DNA of 64,000 bases from Bacillota bacterium (lineage in GTDB: Bacteria; Bacillota; Dethiobacteria; DTU022): the NCBI GenBank assembly GCA_040751775.1, contig JBFMGD010000003.1:19201-83200 (forward strand). The letters are read 5' to 3'. Of this stretch, positions 10,515-20,660 are shown in pieces (the first letter of the stretch is position 1; each line of letters starts with the position of its first letter). The notes under the pieces were generated by a model. It did not search any database. It was given only the letters and a program-made list of their open reading frames with translations, and had not been told where the DNA came from. The translations under genes and the position numbers were made by a program.

Positions 10515-11418
10515 CTCTATTCACCCCTTGTTGCGCCGGTCCGTACATAGCCAGGAATAGTTCTTCGATGCTGGGATCGGTAATTTTGATATATTCCAGG
10601 TCCAACCGGGAGAGCTGCGCGGTAATTGCGTTGGCCGGGGTCTGCAAGGTCAATTGATAGAAGCCGGGTTTGCCTTCCACGGCTTCGGGTTGACCCCAAT
10701 CGGCCGGCAGTTGCTCCGGGGCGCCGCCGCCGGCCAGGCGCAGCGTGAGCAGCTTCATCCTGCGGCCGGGTAACTCATCCAGCGGCGCGACCTGAACCAG
10801 CCGGCCTTCCTTGATCACGCCGACGCGGTGACAGATCCGTTCGATCTCCTCCAGGACATGGGTGGAGAAAAAGATAGTCATGCCGGCACTGTTCAACTCT
10901 TGCAGCAGGTGGAAGAATTCCAGCTTGATCAGCGGGTCTAGCCCACTGGTCGGTTCGTCCAGGACGGCGAGGCGGGGCCGGTGCAGCAGCGCCTGGATAA
11001 TGCCCAGTTTTTTGCGATTGCCGGTCGAGTAGCCGCGGATCCGGCGGGTCGGGTCGAACTGCAGCCTCTCGATCAACTGTTCCACCCAGTTTTTATCCAC
11101 CCGGGAATAGAACCCGGCGGCGTAGTCGAGCAGCTCGCGGCCGGTCATTTCGGGATAGTAGTTCACCTCGGCGGGCAGGTAACCGATTTGGCGGTAAAGC
11201 TCGCCGCCGCTCACCGGCAGAGGCGTTCCCAGCAGTAAAATCTCGCCCCGGGTGGGACGGATCAACCCCATCAGCGTCCGGATGGTGGTGGTTTTACCGG
11301 CGCCGTTGGGACCGATAAAGCCGAATATTTCGCCTTCATTCACTGTGAAAGAAACATCTTCGACACCCCGCACCTGTCCGTAATACTTGGCCAGGTTGCG
11401 TACAGCCAATGCGCTCAT
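10504..11418 (-). CDS. ABC transporter ATP-binding protein (ABC-2 family)
   Basis: GPNGAGKTT Walker A, YSTGNRKK signature, VLDEPTSGLDP, STH; ATG at 11418 with AGGGGTG RBS. Confidence 0.93.
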   Translation of the reverse strand: MSALAVRNLAKYYGQVRGVEDVSFTVNEGEIFGFIGPNGAGKTTTIRTLMGLIRPTRGEILLLGTPLPVSGGELYRQIGYLPAEVNYYPEMTGRELLDYAAGFYSRVDKNWVEQLIERLQFDPTRRIRGYSTGNRKKLGIIQALLHRPRLAVLDEPTSGLDPLIKLEFFHLLQELNSAGMTIFFSTHVLEEIERICHRVGVIKEGRLVQVAPLDELPGRRMKLLTLRLAGGGAPEQLPADWGQPEAVEGKPGFYQLTLQTPANAITAQLSRLDLEYIKITDPSIEELFLAMYGPAQQGVNRDVL

Positions 11419-11518
11419 CTGTTCACCCCTGTTCGACACGCTGTTTTGTTTGGCTCCCGTTCGTATTTGAACCAGAGTAACATCCTGTACAAGCATTATA
11501 CACCATTTTTGCACCCGA

Positions 11519-11547
11519 TTGACATTAAGAGCGCGCTAACCTATACT
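11519..11547 (+). promoter_or_regulatory. Sigma-A promoter for purM-purN-purH-purD
   Basis: TTGACA (11519-11524), 17-bp spacer, TATACT (11542-11547). Confidence 0.8.
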
Positions 11548-11596
11548 TTTTAGGTGGGGACGGAAATGTTGCGCAGAGAAGGGGGCAGATCAGATC

Positions 11597-12634
11597 ATGA
11601 TGTCGGAAGTGGTGGATTACCGCCGGGCGGGGGTGGATATCGCCGCCGGAGAAGAGGCGGTGGAGCGTATCAAGGGGCTGGCGCGCTCTACCTTCAGGCC
11701 AGGGGTGCTCCAGGAACTGGGCGGGTTCGGCGGGCTATTTGCTCTTAATACCCGCGGTTTGCGGGAGCCGGTCCTCGTGGCGGGCTGCGACGGCGTCGGC
11801 ACCAAGTTGAAGCTTGCCTTTGCCGCCGGGCGTCACGGCACCATCGGCGAAGATTGCGTGGCCATGTGTGTAAACGATATCCTGGTCCAGGGGGCGGAGC
11901 CCCTCTTTTTTTTGGATTACCTGGCGGTGGGCAAGCTGGAACCGGCCCAGGTGGAAGAGGTAGTCGCCGGCGTGGCGCTTGGTTGCCGCCTGGCCGGCTG
12001 CGCTCTGTTAGGGGGTGAGATGGCGGAAATGCCCGGTTTTTATCCTCCCGGCGAGTACGACCTGGCCGGTTTCGCGGTCGGAATGGTGGAAAAAAGCCGC
12101 ATCATCGACGGTTCGGCCATTACCCCGGGTGACGCGCTGATCGGGCTCGCGTCGACCGGTTTGCACAGCAACGGTTACTCCCTGGCCCGCCGGGTCCTCC
12201 TGGAACAGGCAGCGCTGCCGCTCGAAGCTGTGCCGCGCGGCTTGAGCGTGCCGCTCGTGGATGAACTGCTCCGGCCGACCCGGATATATGTGAAGCCGGT
12301 GCTGCCGCTGTTTGCCCGCTACCGGATCAAGGGAGCGGCGCACATTACCGGCGGCGGTCTGCCGGGCAACCTCTGCCGCATTCTGCCGGATGGGATCGGG
12401 GCCGAGATCAGGACAGGTTCCTGGCCGGTGCCGCCCATCTTCAACCTGATCGAGTCACTGGGCCCGGTGAACCGGACGGAAATGTACCGCACCTTTAACA
12501 TGGGCATCGGCCTGGTCCTGGTGGCGCCCGCGGCGGAGGCCGAATCCCTGGCTGACGAGCTGGCGCGAGGCGGCATGCAAACTTATTTGATTGGATCAAC
12601 TATTGACGGGGACAAACAAGTTGCCCTGGTCTAA
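11597..12634 (+). CDS. purM: AIR synthetase
   Basis: DYRRAGVDI, DGVGTKL, GGEMAEMPG, GLHSNGYSL, AHITGGG, FNMGIG. Confidence 0.98.
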   Translation: MMSEVVDYRRAGVDIAAGEEAVERIKGLARSTFRPGVLQELGGFGGLFALNTRGLREPVLVAGCDGVGTKLKLAFAAGRHGTIGEDCVAMCVNDILVQGAEPLFFLDYLAVGKLEPAQVEEVVAGVALGCRLAGCALLGGEMAEMPGFYPPGEYDLAGFAVGMVEKSRIIDGSAITPGDALIGLASTGLHSNGYSLARRVLLEQAALPLEAVPRGLSVPLVDELLRPTRIYVKPVLPLFARYRIKGAAHITGGGLPGNLCRILPDGIGAEIRTGSWPVPPIFNLIESLGPVNRTEMYRTFNMGIGLVLVAPAAEAESLADELARGGMQTYLIGSTIDGDKQVALV

Positions 12635-12734
12635 GAATAAGGTTCCTGCCGCTATTTTGTCGGTCCGGCGAAGGAAATGACGCTGTCAAGGTAGAATTAT
12701 GAAGGGAAAGATGTAGTAGGAAAAGGAGTTATAA

Positions 12735-13340
12735 ATGAAGCGGATCGCGGTGCTGGCGTCGGGGCGGGGAACCAATCTGGAAGCGATTTTGCGGGCGGTT
12801 GAGCGCGGCGCGGTGGCCGGGCGGGTGGTGGCGGTAGTCAGCGACCGCGCGGCGGCGCGCGCGCTGGCGCTGGCCCGGGAGCGGGGCATCAAGGCGCTTT
12901 ATCTAAACCCGGCCGAATTCAAGGGGCGGGCGGCATACGATACCGCCGTGGTTGGAGAACTGAAAAAGGAGCAGGTTGACCTAGTAGCCCTGGCCGGCTT
13001 CATGCGCGTGCTTTCCCCCGTCTTTGTCCACCAGTTCCACCTGCGAATCATGAATATTCACCCTTCCTTGCTGCCTGCGTTTCCCGGCAGCGACGGGGTG
13101 GAGCAAGCCCTCTCTTACGGGGTGAAGGTTTCCGGATGCACGGTCCATTTGGTCGACGAAGGGATGGATACCGGCCCGGTGATCTTGCAGGAAGCGGTGC
13201 CGGTACTCAGGGAAGATACGGTGGAAACACTGCATCAACGGATTCACGCAGCTGAATACCGCCTTTACCCCAGGGCGATCGACCTGTTTTGCCGGGGCAA
13301 ATTAAAAGTTGATGGAAGAAGGTGCTTCATCGTTGACTGA
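12735..13340 (+). CDS. purN: GAR transformylase
   Basis: IAVLASGRGTNL, LAGFMRVL, NIHPSLLPAFPG, DEGMDTGP. Confidence 0.98.
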   Translation: MKRIAVLASGRGTNLEAILRAVERGAVAGRVVAVVSDRAAARALALARERGIKALYLNPAEFKGRAAYDTAVVGELKKEQVDLVALAGFMRVLSPVFVHQFHLRIMNIHPSLLPAFPGSDGVEQALSYGVKVSGCTVHLVDEGMDTGPVILQEAVPVLREDTVETLHQRIHAAEYRLYPRAIDLFCRGKLKVDGRRCFIVD

Positions 13341-14883
13341 ACGGAAAAATAAGCGTGCCCTGATCAGCGTTTCCGACAAAACCGGCATCGTCGCTCTGGG
13401 CCGTGATCTGGCGCGGCTCGGCTGGGAGATCGTTTCAACCGGCGGGACGGCCCGCGCGCTGCAAGAAGCAGGAATAGCAATAAAAAAAGTGCAGGAGATC
13501 ACCGGCTTCCCGGAAATTTTGGACGGACGCGTCAAAACGCTCAATCCAAAGATCCACGGGGGCATCCTGGCCCGCCTGGACCAGGCGGAACACCGCCGGC
13601 AAATGGCCGAGCAGGGTATTGAACCGATCCATCTGGTAGTGGTAAACCTCTATCCGTTTGCCAAAACCGTTTCTCAACCGGGGGTGACCCTGGAAGAGGC
13701 GATTGAAAATATCGATGTCGGCGGCCCGACCATGGTGCGCGCGGCCGCCAAAAATTTTGCCCATATCGCGGTTGTCGTCAATCCGGATCGCTACGGGCAG
13801 GTCATTGCCGAAATAGAAGAGAGCGGTATGGTCAGCCCGGAGACCCGCTGCCGTCTGGCGGCGGAAGCGTTCGCCCATACCGCCCAGTACGATGCCTTGA
13901 TTGCCGCCTATTTCGCGGCGCTGCCGCAGCTGGCCGGAGACCTCTTTCCTGCCGCGCTCAGCCTGCCTTTTGAAAAGGTGCAGGATCTGCGCTACGGCGA
14001 AAACCCGCAGCAGGCGGCCGCTTTTTATTACGCCGTGGGAGAGGACGGCCTGGCGACAGCCCGGCAGCTGCAGGGAAAAGAGCTTTCCTTTAATAATCTA
14101 AACGATCTCAACGCCGCCTGGGAGCTGGTCCTGGAGTTTGCGGAGCCGACAGTGGTGGCGGTCAAACACGCCAATCCATGCGGCGTCGGCAGCGCCGCCG
14201 CGATTGCCGATGCCTATCGTCTGGCCTACGAAGCCGACCCGGTATCCATCTTCGGCGGCGTGATCGCCGTTAACAGGCCGGTGGACGAGGCGACGGCGCG
14301 GGAGATGGTCAAACTATTCCTGGAAGTGGTGGCTGCTCCCTCATTCAGCGCCGGAGCGCGGCAGGTTTTGGCCGGGAAAAAGGATATCCGGCTGCTGGAG
14401 ATGGACCCGGCTCAAGCTTCCGGCGGACGCTTTGATCTGAAAAAGGTTGCCGGCGGCTTGCTGCTGCAGACCATCGACCGGGAACCGGTTGACAGGGCCG
14501 GCGCCCGGGTGGTCACGGAAAGGGCGCCCGGTGAAGAGGAGTGGGAGCAGCTGCTCTTTGCCCAGAAGGTGGTCAAGCATGTTAAATCGAATGCGATCGT
14601 GGTTGCGCGCGCAGGGCAAACCCTGGGGGTGGGCGCCGGACAGATGAGCCGGATCGCCGCCGCCCGGATCGCGCTGCAGCAGGCCGGGGAGCAGGCCAGG
14701 GGAGCGGTTCTCGGTTCGGACGCCTTCTTTCCTTTCCCTGATACGGTGGAAGCGGCCGCAGCCGCCGGGATAACGGCGATCATTCAGCCCGGCGGTTCAC
14801 TGAAAGATGCTGAGGCAATCGCCGCCTGCAACCGGTTGGGCTTGGCCATGGTATTTACAGGGCGGCGTTACTTTAAACATTAA
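13333..14883 (+). CDS. purH: AICAR transformylase/IMP cyclohydrolase
   Basis: RALISVSDKTG, GRVKTL, DVGGPTMVRAAAKN, RYGENP, KHANPCG, SDAFFPF; TTG start at 13333 is inferred. Confidence 0.97.
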   Translation: MTERKNKRALISVSDKTGIVALGRDLARLGWEIVSTGGTARALQEAGIAIKKVQEITGFPEILDGRVKTLNPKIHGGILARLDQAEHRRQMAEQGIEPIHLVVVNLYPFAKTVSQPGVTLEEAIENIDVGGPTMVRAAAKNFAHIAVVVNPDRYGQVIAEIEESGMVSPETRCRLAAEAFAHTAQYDALIAAYFAALPQLAGDLFPAALSLPFEKVQDLRYGENPQQAAAFYYAVGEDGLATARQLQGKELSFNNLNDLNAAWELVLEFAEPTVVAVKHANPCGVGSAAAIADAYRLAYEADPVSIFGGVIAVNRPVDEATAREMVKLFLEVVAAPSFSAGARQVLAGKKDIRLLEMDPAQASGGRFDLKKVAGGLLLQTIDREPVDRAGARVVTERAPGEEEWEQLLFAQKVVKHVKSNAIVVARAGQTLGVGAGQMSRIAAARIALQQAGEQARGAVLGSDAFFPFPDTVEAAAAAGITAIIQPGGSLKDAEAIAACNRLGLAMVFTGRRYFKH

Positions 14884-14924
14884 ACGCTGCTTCGCGCGTG
14901 GCGATTTTAAGGAGGGATCCGAAT

Positions 14925-16205
14925 GTGCGCGTTCTAATTGTCGGCGGCGGCGGCCGGGAGCACGCCCTGGCCTGGAAGCTCTCCCAGAGCCCCCTGCTCA
15001 AAGAGCTCTACTGCGCCCCGGGCAACGCCGGTATCGCGGCGGTAGCGGAATGCCTGGAGCTGGAGGCGGGGGGTGATCGTGGGCCGGCCTTGCTGCGGTG
15101 GGCGCTGGATCAGCAGATCGATTTGACCGTAATCGGGCCGGAAGCGCCGCTGGCCGCCGGGCTGGCGGACGATTTTCGCCGTGCCGGTTTGCGCGTCTTC
15201 GGCCCGGGCCGGGACGGCGCGCGCCTAGAAAGCAGCAAGGTATGGGCCAAGGAACGGATGGTCGAATGGGGCATCCCCACGGCGAATTATGCCGCCTTTG
15301 ACCGCTATGACGCGGCCTGCCGCTACCTGGACGATCTGCCGGAAGGACCGCTGGTAGTCAAAGCGGACGGCCTGGCGGCAGGGAAAGGTGTGACCGTGGC
15401 GCGCGGCGCGGCCGAAGCGAAAGCGGCCTTGCAGGCGATCATGGTCGACGGGGTCTTCGGCCGGGCGGGTGAAAAAGTGATTACCGAAGAGTGCCTGGCC
15501 GGGGAAGAGGTTTCCGTTCTGGCGGTGACGGATGGCAAAGAACTTGTCCTGCTCCCTTCAGCCCAGGATCACAAGGCAATCGGCGAGGGCGATCTGGGCC
15601 CCAATACCGGCGGGATGGGCGCCTATGCTCCCGCGCCGGTCCTGACAGCCGATTTACGACTGCGGGTGGAGCAGGCGGTTTTTCGGCCGCTGCTGAAAGG
15701 GCTGGCCGGCCTGGGGATAGATTACCGGGGCGTGCTCTACGCCGGGCTGATGATCAAAGATGGGACCTTTAACGTCCTGGAATTCAATGCGCGTTTCGGC
15801 GATCCGGAAACGCAGGCGGTCTTACCCCTGCTTCAATCGGACCTGCTGCCGTTACTCCTGGCCGCCGCGGACGGTGACCTGGCCGGGGTTCAGGTAAACT
15901 GGAGCGAAGGCGCTGCGGTCTGCGTGATCATGGCTTCGGCCGGCTACCCGGGCCCTTATGAGCAAGGCCTTTTGATCAGCGGCCTGGACGAGCCGTCCCT
16001 ATATACGGAAGGGCTGACCGTTTTCCATGCCGGCACGGCTTTTCAACACGGCAATATCGTTACCGCGGGCGGCCGCGTGCTGGGCTTAGCCGCCTGGGAC
16101 AGCGATCTGGAGACGGCGGTGCAGAAAGTCTACGCGGCGGCGCCGCGGATTGCTTTCCCGGGCTGCTATTACCGCCGCGACATCGCGCACCGCGCCCTGC
16201 GCTGA
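14925..16205 (+). CDS. purD: GAR synthetase
   Basis: VLIVGGGGREHAL, KADGLAAGKGV, GPNTGGMGAY, EFNARFGDPE, GGRVL; GTG 14925 after AAGGAGG. Confidence 0.98.
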   Translation: MRVLIVGGGGREHALAWKLSQSPLLKELYCAPGNAGIAAVAECLELEAGGDRGPALLRWALDQQIDLTVIGPEAPLAAGLADDFRRAGLRVFGPGRDGARLESSKVWAKERMVEWGIPTANYAAFDRYDAACRYLDDLPEGPLVVKADGLAAGKGVTVARGAAEAKAALQAIMVDGVFGRAGEKVITEECLAGEEVSVLAVTDGKELVLLPSAQDHKAIGEGDLGPNTGGMGAYAPAPVLTADLRLRVEQAVFRPLLKGLAGLGIDYRGVLYAGLMIKDGTFNVLEFNARFGDPETQAVLPLLQSDLLPLLLAAADGDLAGVQVNWSEGAAVCVIMASAGYPGPYEQGLLISGLDEPSLYTEGLTVFHAGTAFQHGNIVTAGGRVLGLAAWDSDLETAVQKVYAAAPRIAFPGCYYRRDIAHRALR

Positions 16206-16394
16206 CACGCTTCGGTAAACAATACCGCATGTTCGTTATTGAGAGCCTTAAGCGACATGTTGACGAGTGGCTAGAAGCCCAGGCGGAAGACCGCCGGTGA
16301 GCCGTCGCACTTCTAACGAGGAGACCGGAGCGAAGGCCTCAATGACATACACGATGAATGCACCAGAAAGAAGATTGAAGGAGGTTGGGTTCAT

Positions 16395-17417
16395 TTGGGC
16401 GAGCCAAATTTTGCGTTGCCCGAAGCAAAGCAGGTTCTTTACCAGCCTGCCGGCGGCCGGCGCCTATTTTCCGATCCCGACGCGGATGCCGCCAGGGAAT
16501 ATTTTCATAACAAAAGTAGAAAAAAGGTGGATAAAACTACCACCGCCGCGGAAGCGGTGGCCCGGCTCGTTTCGGACGGGGATTATCTCGGGGTGGGCGG
16601 CTTTGGCGCGAACCGGATCCCGACGGCGATTCTACATGAAATTGTGCGCCAGCACAAGAAGAACTTGGGCCTGGCCGGGCATACCGCGACCCACGATTTT
16701 CAAATTTTAGTGGCGGGGCGATGCGTCAACCGCTGCGATGTGGCTTACGTGATCGGACTGGAAGCGCGGGGGCTGTCCAAGCGGGCCCGCCAGGCGGTGG
16801 AAAGCGGCGAGATCGAGATCACCGAGTGGACCAACGCCGCCCTGGCCTGGCGCTACAAGGCGGCGGCGATGGGGGTTTCTTTTATCCCGGCGCGCTGTAT
16901 GCTCGGGACGGATACCGTGCAGTACAGCGCCGCTGTCGAGATGGAGTGCCCCTTTACCGGCAAGAAATACCTGGCGCTGCCGGCTCTCTACCCGGATGTG
17001 GGTGTGATTCACGTGCACCGCGCCGATGTCTACGGCAACTGCCAGATCGACGGGATCATGGTCTCCGATTTCGACCTGGCCCGCGCCTCCAAGCGGCTTA
17101 TTATCACCACCGAGCAGCTGATTCCGGAGGAAATGATCCGCCGCGCGCCCGACCGTACCGCAATCCCTTATTACCTCGTGGACGCGGTGGTGGAGGTGCC
17201 GTACGGCTCCTATCCCGGGAACATGGCCTACATGTATTACAGTGACGAAGAACACCTGCAGGAATGGCTCCAGGCGGAGCAGGATCCGAAGACGCTGGCT
17301 GACTTCATCGAGCGCAATATTTACGGTGTGCCCGATTTTTGGAGCTACCTGATGTTAAACGGCGGCCCCGCCCGCCTGGCCGGGCTGCGCCACCAGGAAA
17401 CGCTTCTGGAAAAATGA
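16395..17417 (+). CDS. Family I CoA-transferase, alpha subunit (GctA-like)
   Basis: AEAVARLVSDGDYLGVGGF, ALYPDVGVIHVHRAD.YGN, VDAVVEVPYGSYP; paired with the B subunit. Confidence 0.85.
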   Translation: MGEPNFALPEAKQVLYQPAGGRRLFSDPDADAAREYFHNKSRKKVDKTTTAAEAVARLVSDGDYLGVGGFGANRIPTAILHEIVRQHKKNLGLAGHTATHDFQILVAGRCVNRCDVAYVIGLEARGLSKRARQAVESGEIEITEWTNAALAWRYKAAAMGVSFIPARCMLGTDTVQYSAAVEMECPFTGKKYLALPALYPDVGVIHVHRADVYGNCQIDGIMVSDFDLARASKRLIITTEQLIPEEMIRRAPDRTAIPYYLVDAVVEVPYGSYPGNMAYMYYSDEEHLQEWLQAEQDPKTLADFIERNIYGVPDFWSYLMLNGGPARLAGLRHQETLLEK

Positions 17418-17504
17418 CGGCCCGGCAGTCAGCAGCCACAATTCAGGAGTTTAACAATAAGAGAAGAGGCGCAATAGCAACAAGGTATAGGAGGAAATAC
17501 GTAA

Positions 17505-18275
17505 ATGAGCTACAACCGGATGGAGCTGATGATCAGCCTGGCATCGCGCTTCCTGGAAGATGAAAGCATCGTTGTGGTCGGCACCGGCGCACCGTGCGCC
17601 GCGGCCATGCTGGCTCAAACCCTCTACGCTCCCAATCTGATGATCATGTTTGAAGCGGGCGGGATCGGGCCGCTGCTGCCCTCGATGCCGATTTCCGTGG
17701 GTGATTCGCGCACCTTTTACCGCGCGCTGGCTGCCAGCAGCATGCCCGAAATCATGGAGACCTGCCAGAGGGGCATGGTCGACTATACTTTTTTAGGCGG
17801 TGCGCAAATAGATATGTACGGCAACATTAACTCCACGATGATCGGCAGCGATTACAGCCGCCCAAAAGTGCGCTTTCCCGGCAGCGGCGGCGCGAATGAT
17901 CTTGCTTCGTTCTGCTGGCGCACGATGATGATCACCGTTCAGGACGCGCGGCGCTTTACCAACAAGATTGACTTTATTACCTCGCCGGGTTACCTGACCG
18001 GAAAAGGCGCCCGCGAGGCGGCGGGCCTGCCGCCGGGCAGCGGCCCCTATAAGGTGATTACCGATCTAGGTGTGCTCGGTTTCGACGCTGAAACCAAGAG
18101 GATGCAGGTAGAAAGCATTCACCCGGGCATTACCCGGGAGCAGATCGCGGCAAACACCGGTTTCGAGCTGCTCTGGTCCCCCGATCTGGATACCAGCGAG
18201 CCGCCGACGGAGCAGGAGCTGGCCGTGCTGCGGGAAAAGGTGGATCCGTACCGCTATATTATCGGGCGCAGTTAA
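17505..18275 (+). CDS. Family I CoA-transferase, beta subunit (GctB-like)
   Basis: VVVGTGAP, catalytic-Glu region FEAGG, FLGGAQIDMYGNINST, PGSGGANDLAS, VITDLGV. Confidence 0.87.
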   Translation: MSYNRMELMISLASRFLEDESIVVVGTGAPCAAAMLAQTLYAPNLMIMFEAGGIGPLLPSMPISVGDSRTFYRALAASSMPEIMETCQRGMVDYTFLGGAQIDMYGNINSTMIGSDYSRPKVRFPGSGGANDLASFCWRTMMITVQDARRFTNKIDFITSPGYLTGKGAREAAGLPPGSGPYKVITDLGVLGFDAETKRMQVESIHPGITREQIAANTGFELLWSPDLDTSEPPTEQELAVLREKVDPYRYIIGRS

Positions 18276-18299
18276 ATCGCTTCACCTGTGAGGTGGAAT

Positions 18300-19481
18300 A
18301 TGGCCAAAACAGTAGTTGTCGGTTACGCCCGAACCCCTTTCGGGCGTTTCCTCGGTTCATTCAAGGATCTGCCGGCTGTGGACCTTGGGGCCGCGGCCGT
18401 GCGTGAGGCGCTGCGGCGGGCCGGAGTGCCCGGCGAGGCGCTGGACAACGTATTTCTGGGCATGGTCGTGCAGGCCGGCGCGGGGCAGATCCCCTCCCGC
18501 CAGGCTACGATCAAGGCCGATCTGCCCGCAACGGTGCCTTCCGATACGATCAATAAGGTCTGCGCCTCCGGCCTGCGGGCCGTCAACTTAAGTGATGCCT
18601 TAATCCGGGCCGGCGAGGCCGGCGCGGTTGTGGCCGGGGGTATGGAGAACATGAGCGCAGCGCCGTACCTGCTGCCCCGGGCCAGGAACGGCTGCCGCAT
18701 GGGTGACGCTCCCCTGGTGGACGGCATGATTAAAGACGGACTCTGGTGCCCGTTCAACAATGTGCACATGGGAGTGTACGGGAGCCGCATCCCGGCCGAG
18801 CACGGCATCACCCGGGCCGAGATGGACCGGTGGGCGCTGCGCAGCCACCAGCGCGCCGTGGCCGCTATGGACAGCGGCCGCCTGGCGGAAGAGATTGTCG
18901 CGGTGGAGGTGCCTCAACCCAAGGGCGAACCGCTGCCGGTGAAGCATGATGAACTGCCGCGGCGGGATACCTCCCTGGAGCAGCTGGCCTCGCTTGCTCC
19001 CGCGTTTGAAGCGGCGGGGTTGGTCACCGCGGGCAACGCGCCCGGCATCAGTGACGGCGCGGCGGCACTGGTGTTGACCGACGCGGAACGAGCCCGGCAG
19101 TGGGGCCTGGAACCGCTCGCTGAAATTGTCTCCCAGGGAGCGGTCTCCCTGGAGCCGCCCTATATCGCCACGGTCCCTCATGCCGCGGCTGAGCTGGCTC
19201 TGCAAAAAGCCGGCCTCAGCGCGTCGCGGATGGACTTAATCGAAGTAAACGAAGCTTTTGCCGCGGTGGCCCTGACCAGTATGAAACTGGGCTGCTGGGA
19301 TGAAGAGAAGGTCAATGTCAACGGCGGAGCGGTGGCCCTGGGTCACCCGATCGGCGCCAGCGGGGCGCGGATCCTGATCACGTTGATCGCCGAGCTGCGC
19401 CGGCGCGGCGGCGGCTACGGCCTGGCTGCGATCTGCAGCGGCGCGGCCCAGGGAGAAGCCACCGTGGTGAAGGTAGGTTAA
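18300..19481 (+). CDS. Acetyl-CoA C-acetyltransferase (thiolase, MmgA-like)
   Basis: TINKVCASG, NEAFA, GHPIGASGAR, AICSGAAQG. Confidence 0.93.
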   Translation: MAKTVVVGYARTPFGRFLGSFKDLPAVDLGAAAVREALRRAGVPGEALDNVFLGMVVQAGAGQIPSRQATIKADLPATVPSDTINKVCASGLRAVNLSDALIRAGEAGAVVAGGMENMSAAPYLLPRARNGCRMGDAPLVDGMIKDGLWCPFNNVHMGVYGSRIPAEHGITRAEMDRWALRSHQRAVAAMDSGRLAEEIVAVEVPQPKGEPLPVKHDELPRRDTSLEQLASLAPAFEAAGLVTAGNAPGISDGAAALVLTDAERARQWGLEPLAEIVSQGAVSLEPPYIATVPHAAAELALQKAGLSASRMDLIEVNEAFAAVALTSMKLGCWDEEKVNVNGGAVALGHPIGASGARILITLIAELRRRGGGYGLAAICSGAAQGEATVVKVG

Positions 19482-19506
19482 AACAAAGAATCGGGAGAGC
19501 GGGTTT

Positions 19507-20637
19507 ATGGATTTTAGCTTATCGCCGCGTCACGCGGCGCGGCGGGATGAGTTCAGGGATTTTGCCGAACGGGAGATCCAGCCGGCTGAAAAAGACTATC
19601 CCCGGGAGAACCTGCGGCGGATGGCCGGCCGCGGCTACCTGGGCTTGCCGATCCCGCGGCAGTGGGGCGGGCAGGGAGAGGATTTTCTTACATATATCCT
19701 GTTGATTGAAGAGATTTCCCGGGTTTGCGCCTCCACGGGAGTAATCCTGGCGGTGCATACCTCGGTGGGCAGCTTCCCCCTGCTCTATTACGGCACCGCC
19801 AGTCAAAAAGAGCTCTACCTGCGCCGCCTCGCGAGCGGCGAGATGATCGGCGCGTTCGCCCTTACCGAGACGCAGGCCGGTTCGGATGCCGCCGCTCTGG
19901 GCGCCACGGCGCGGCGTGTGAACGGCGGCTATGTGCTGAACGGGTGCAAGCTTTTCATCACTAGCGGGGGAGAGGCGGATCTCTACACCGTATTTGCCAC
20001 GGTGGATCGCTCCCTGAGCAGCAGAGGGATCTGCGCCTTTCTTGTCGAAAAAGGTACGCCGGGGTTATCCGCCGGGCCGCGCGAACGGAAAATGGGGCTG
20101 CACGGCTCCGCCACCACCGAGCTCAGGTTTGATGAGATGCTTCTGCCTCCGGCAAACCTCCTGGGCAGCGAAGGCGGCGGCTTCCGGATCGCGCTGTCCC
20201 TTTTGGAAGGCGGCCGCATCGGCATCGCCGCCCAGGGGTTGGGCCTGGCGAGGGCGGCCCTGGAAAGCACCGCCGCTCATATCGCGGCAAGCGGGCAGTG
20301 CGGCACCGCGGCCGGCCAGGCGGCTCGCTTCATCCTGGCCGATCTATTCACGCGGCTCGAAGCGGCCAGGCTTCTCGTTTGGCGCGCCGCCTGCTTCAAG
20401 GATGCCGGACGGCCCTGCACCCGGGAAGCGTCGATGGCCAAGCAGTACGCCACCGACCTTGCGGTGCAGGCGTCGGCCCGCTGTCTCGATCTGTGGGCTG
20501 CGGCGGGGATGAGCCTGGATAATCCGCTGACCCGCTATTTTTGTGATGCCAAGGTCACCCAGATTTACGAGGGTTCGAACCAGATCCAGCGTATCGTGAT
20601 CGCCAGGGAGCTGCTGAAAAGTTTGGCTAAAATCTAA
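19507..20637 (+). CDS. Acyl-CoA dehydrogenase-family protein with degenerate trans-FAD motifs
   Basis: FALTETQAGSDA, KLFITSG, IYEGSNQIQR retained; RxQFG and QxxGGxG replaced by SGQCG and DLWAAAG. Confidence 0.85.
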   Translation: MDFSLSPRHAARRDEFRDFAEREIQPAEKDYPRENLRRMAGRGYLGLPIPRQWGGQGEDFLTYILLIEEISRVCASTGVILAVHTSVGSFPLLYYGTASQKELYLRRLASGEMIGAFALTETQAGSDAAALGATARRVNGGYVLNGCKLFITSGGEADLYTVFATVDRSLSSRGICAFLVEKGTPGLSAGPRERKMGLHGSATTELRFDEMLLPPANLLGSEGGGFRIALSLLEGGRIGIAAQGLGLARAALESTAAHIAASGQCGTAAGQAARFILADLFTRLEAARLLVWRAACFKDAGRPCTREASMAKQYATDLAVQASARCLDLWAAAGMSLDNPLTRYFCDAKVTQIYEGSNQIQRIVIARELLKSLAKI

Positions 20638-20660
20638 GTTAAGCGGGAGGTAGGGAGCAC

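Noticed and set aside
11431-11468. PurBox-like CGAAC motifs (also 16228-16240)
   Set aside because: Not arranged as the inverted pair PurR needs; the 16228 copy is downstream of the pur genes
16250-16350. Glycine or ZTP riboswitch
   Set aside because: GGAGA..CGAAGG is only a partial match; no CUCUCAGG and no CGCCUGGGC pseudoknot element
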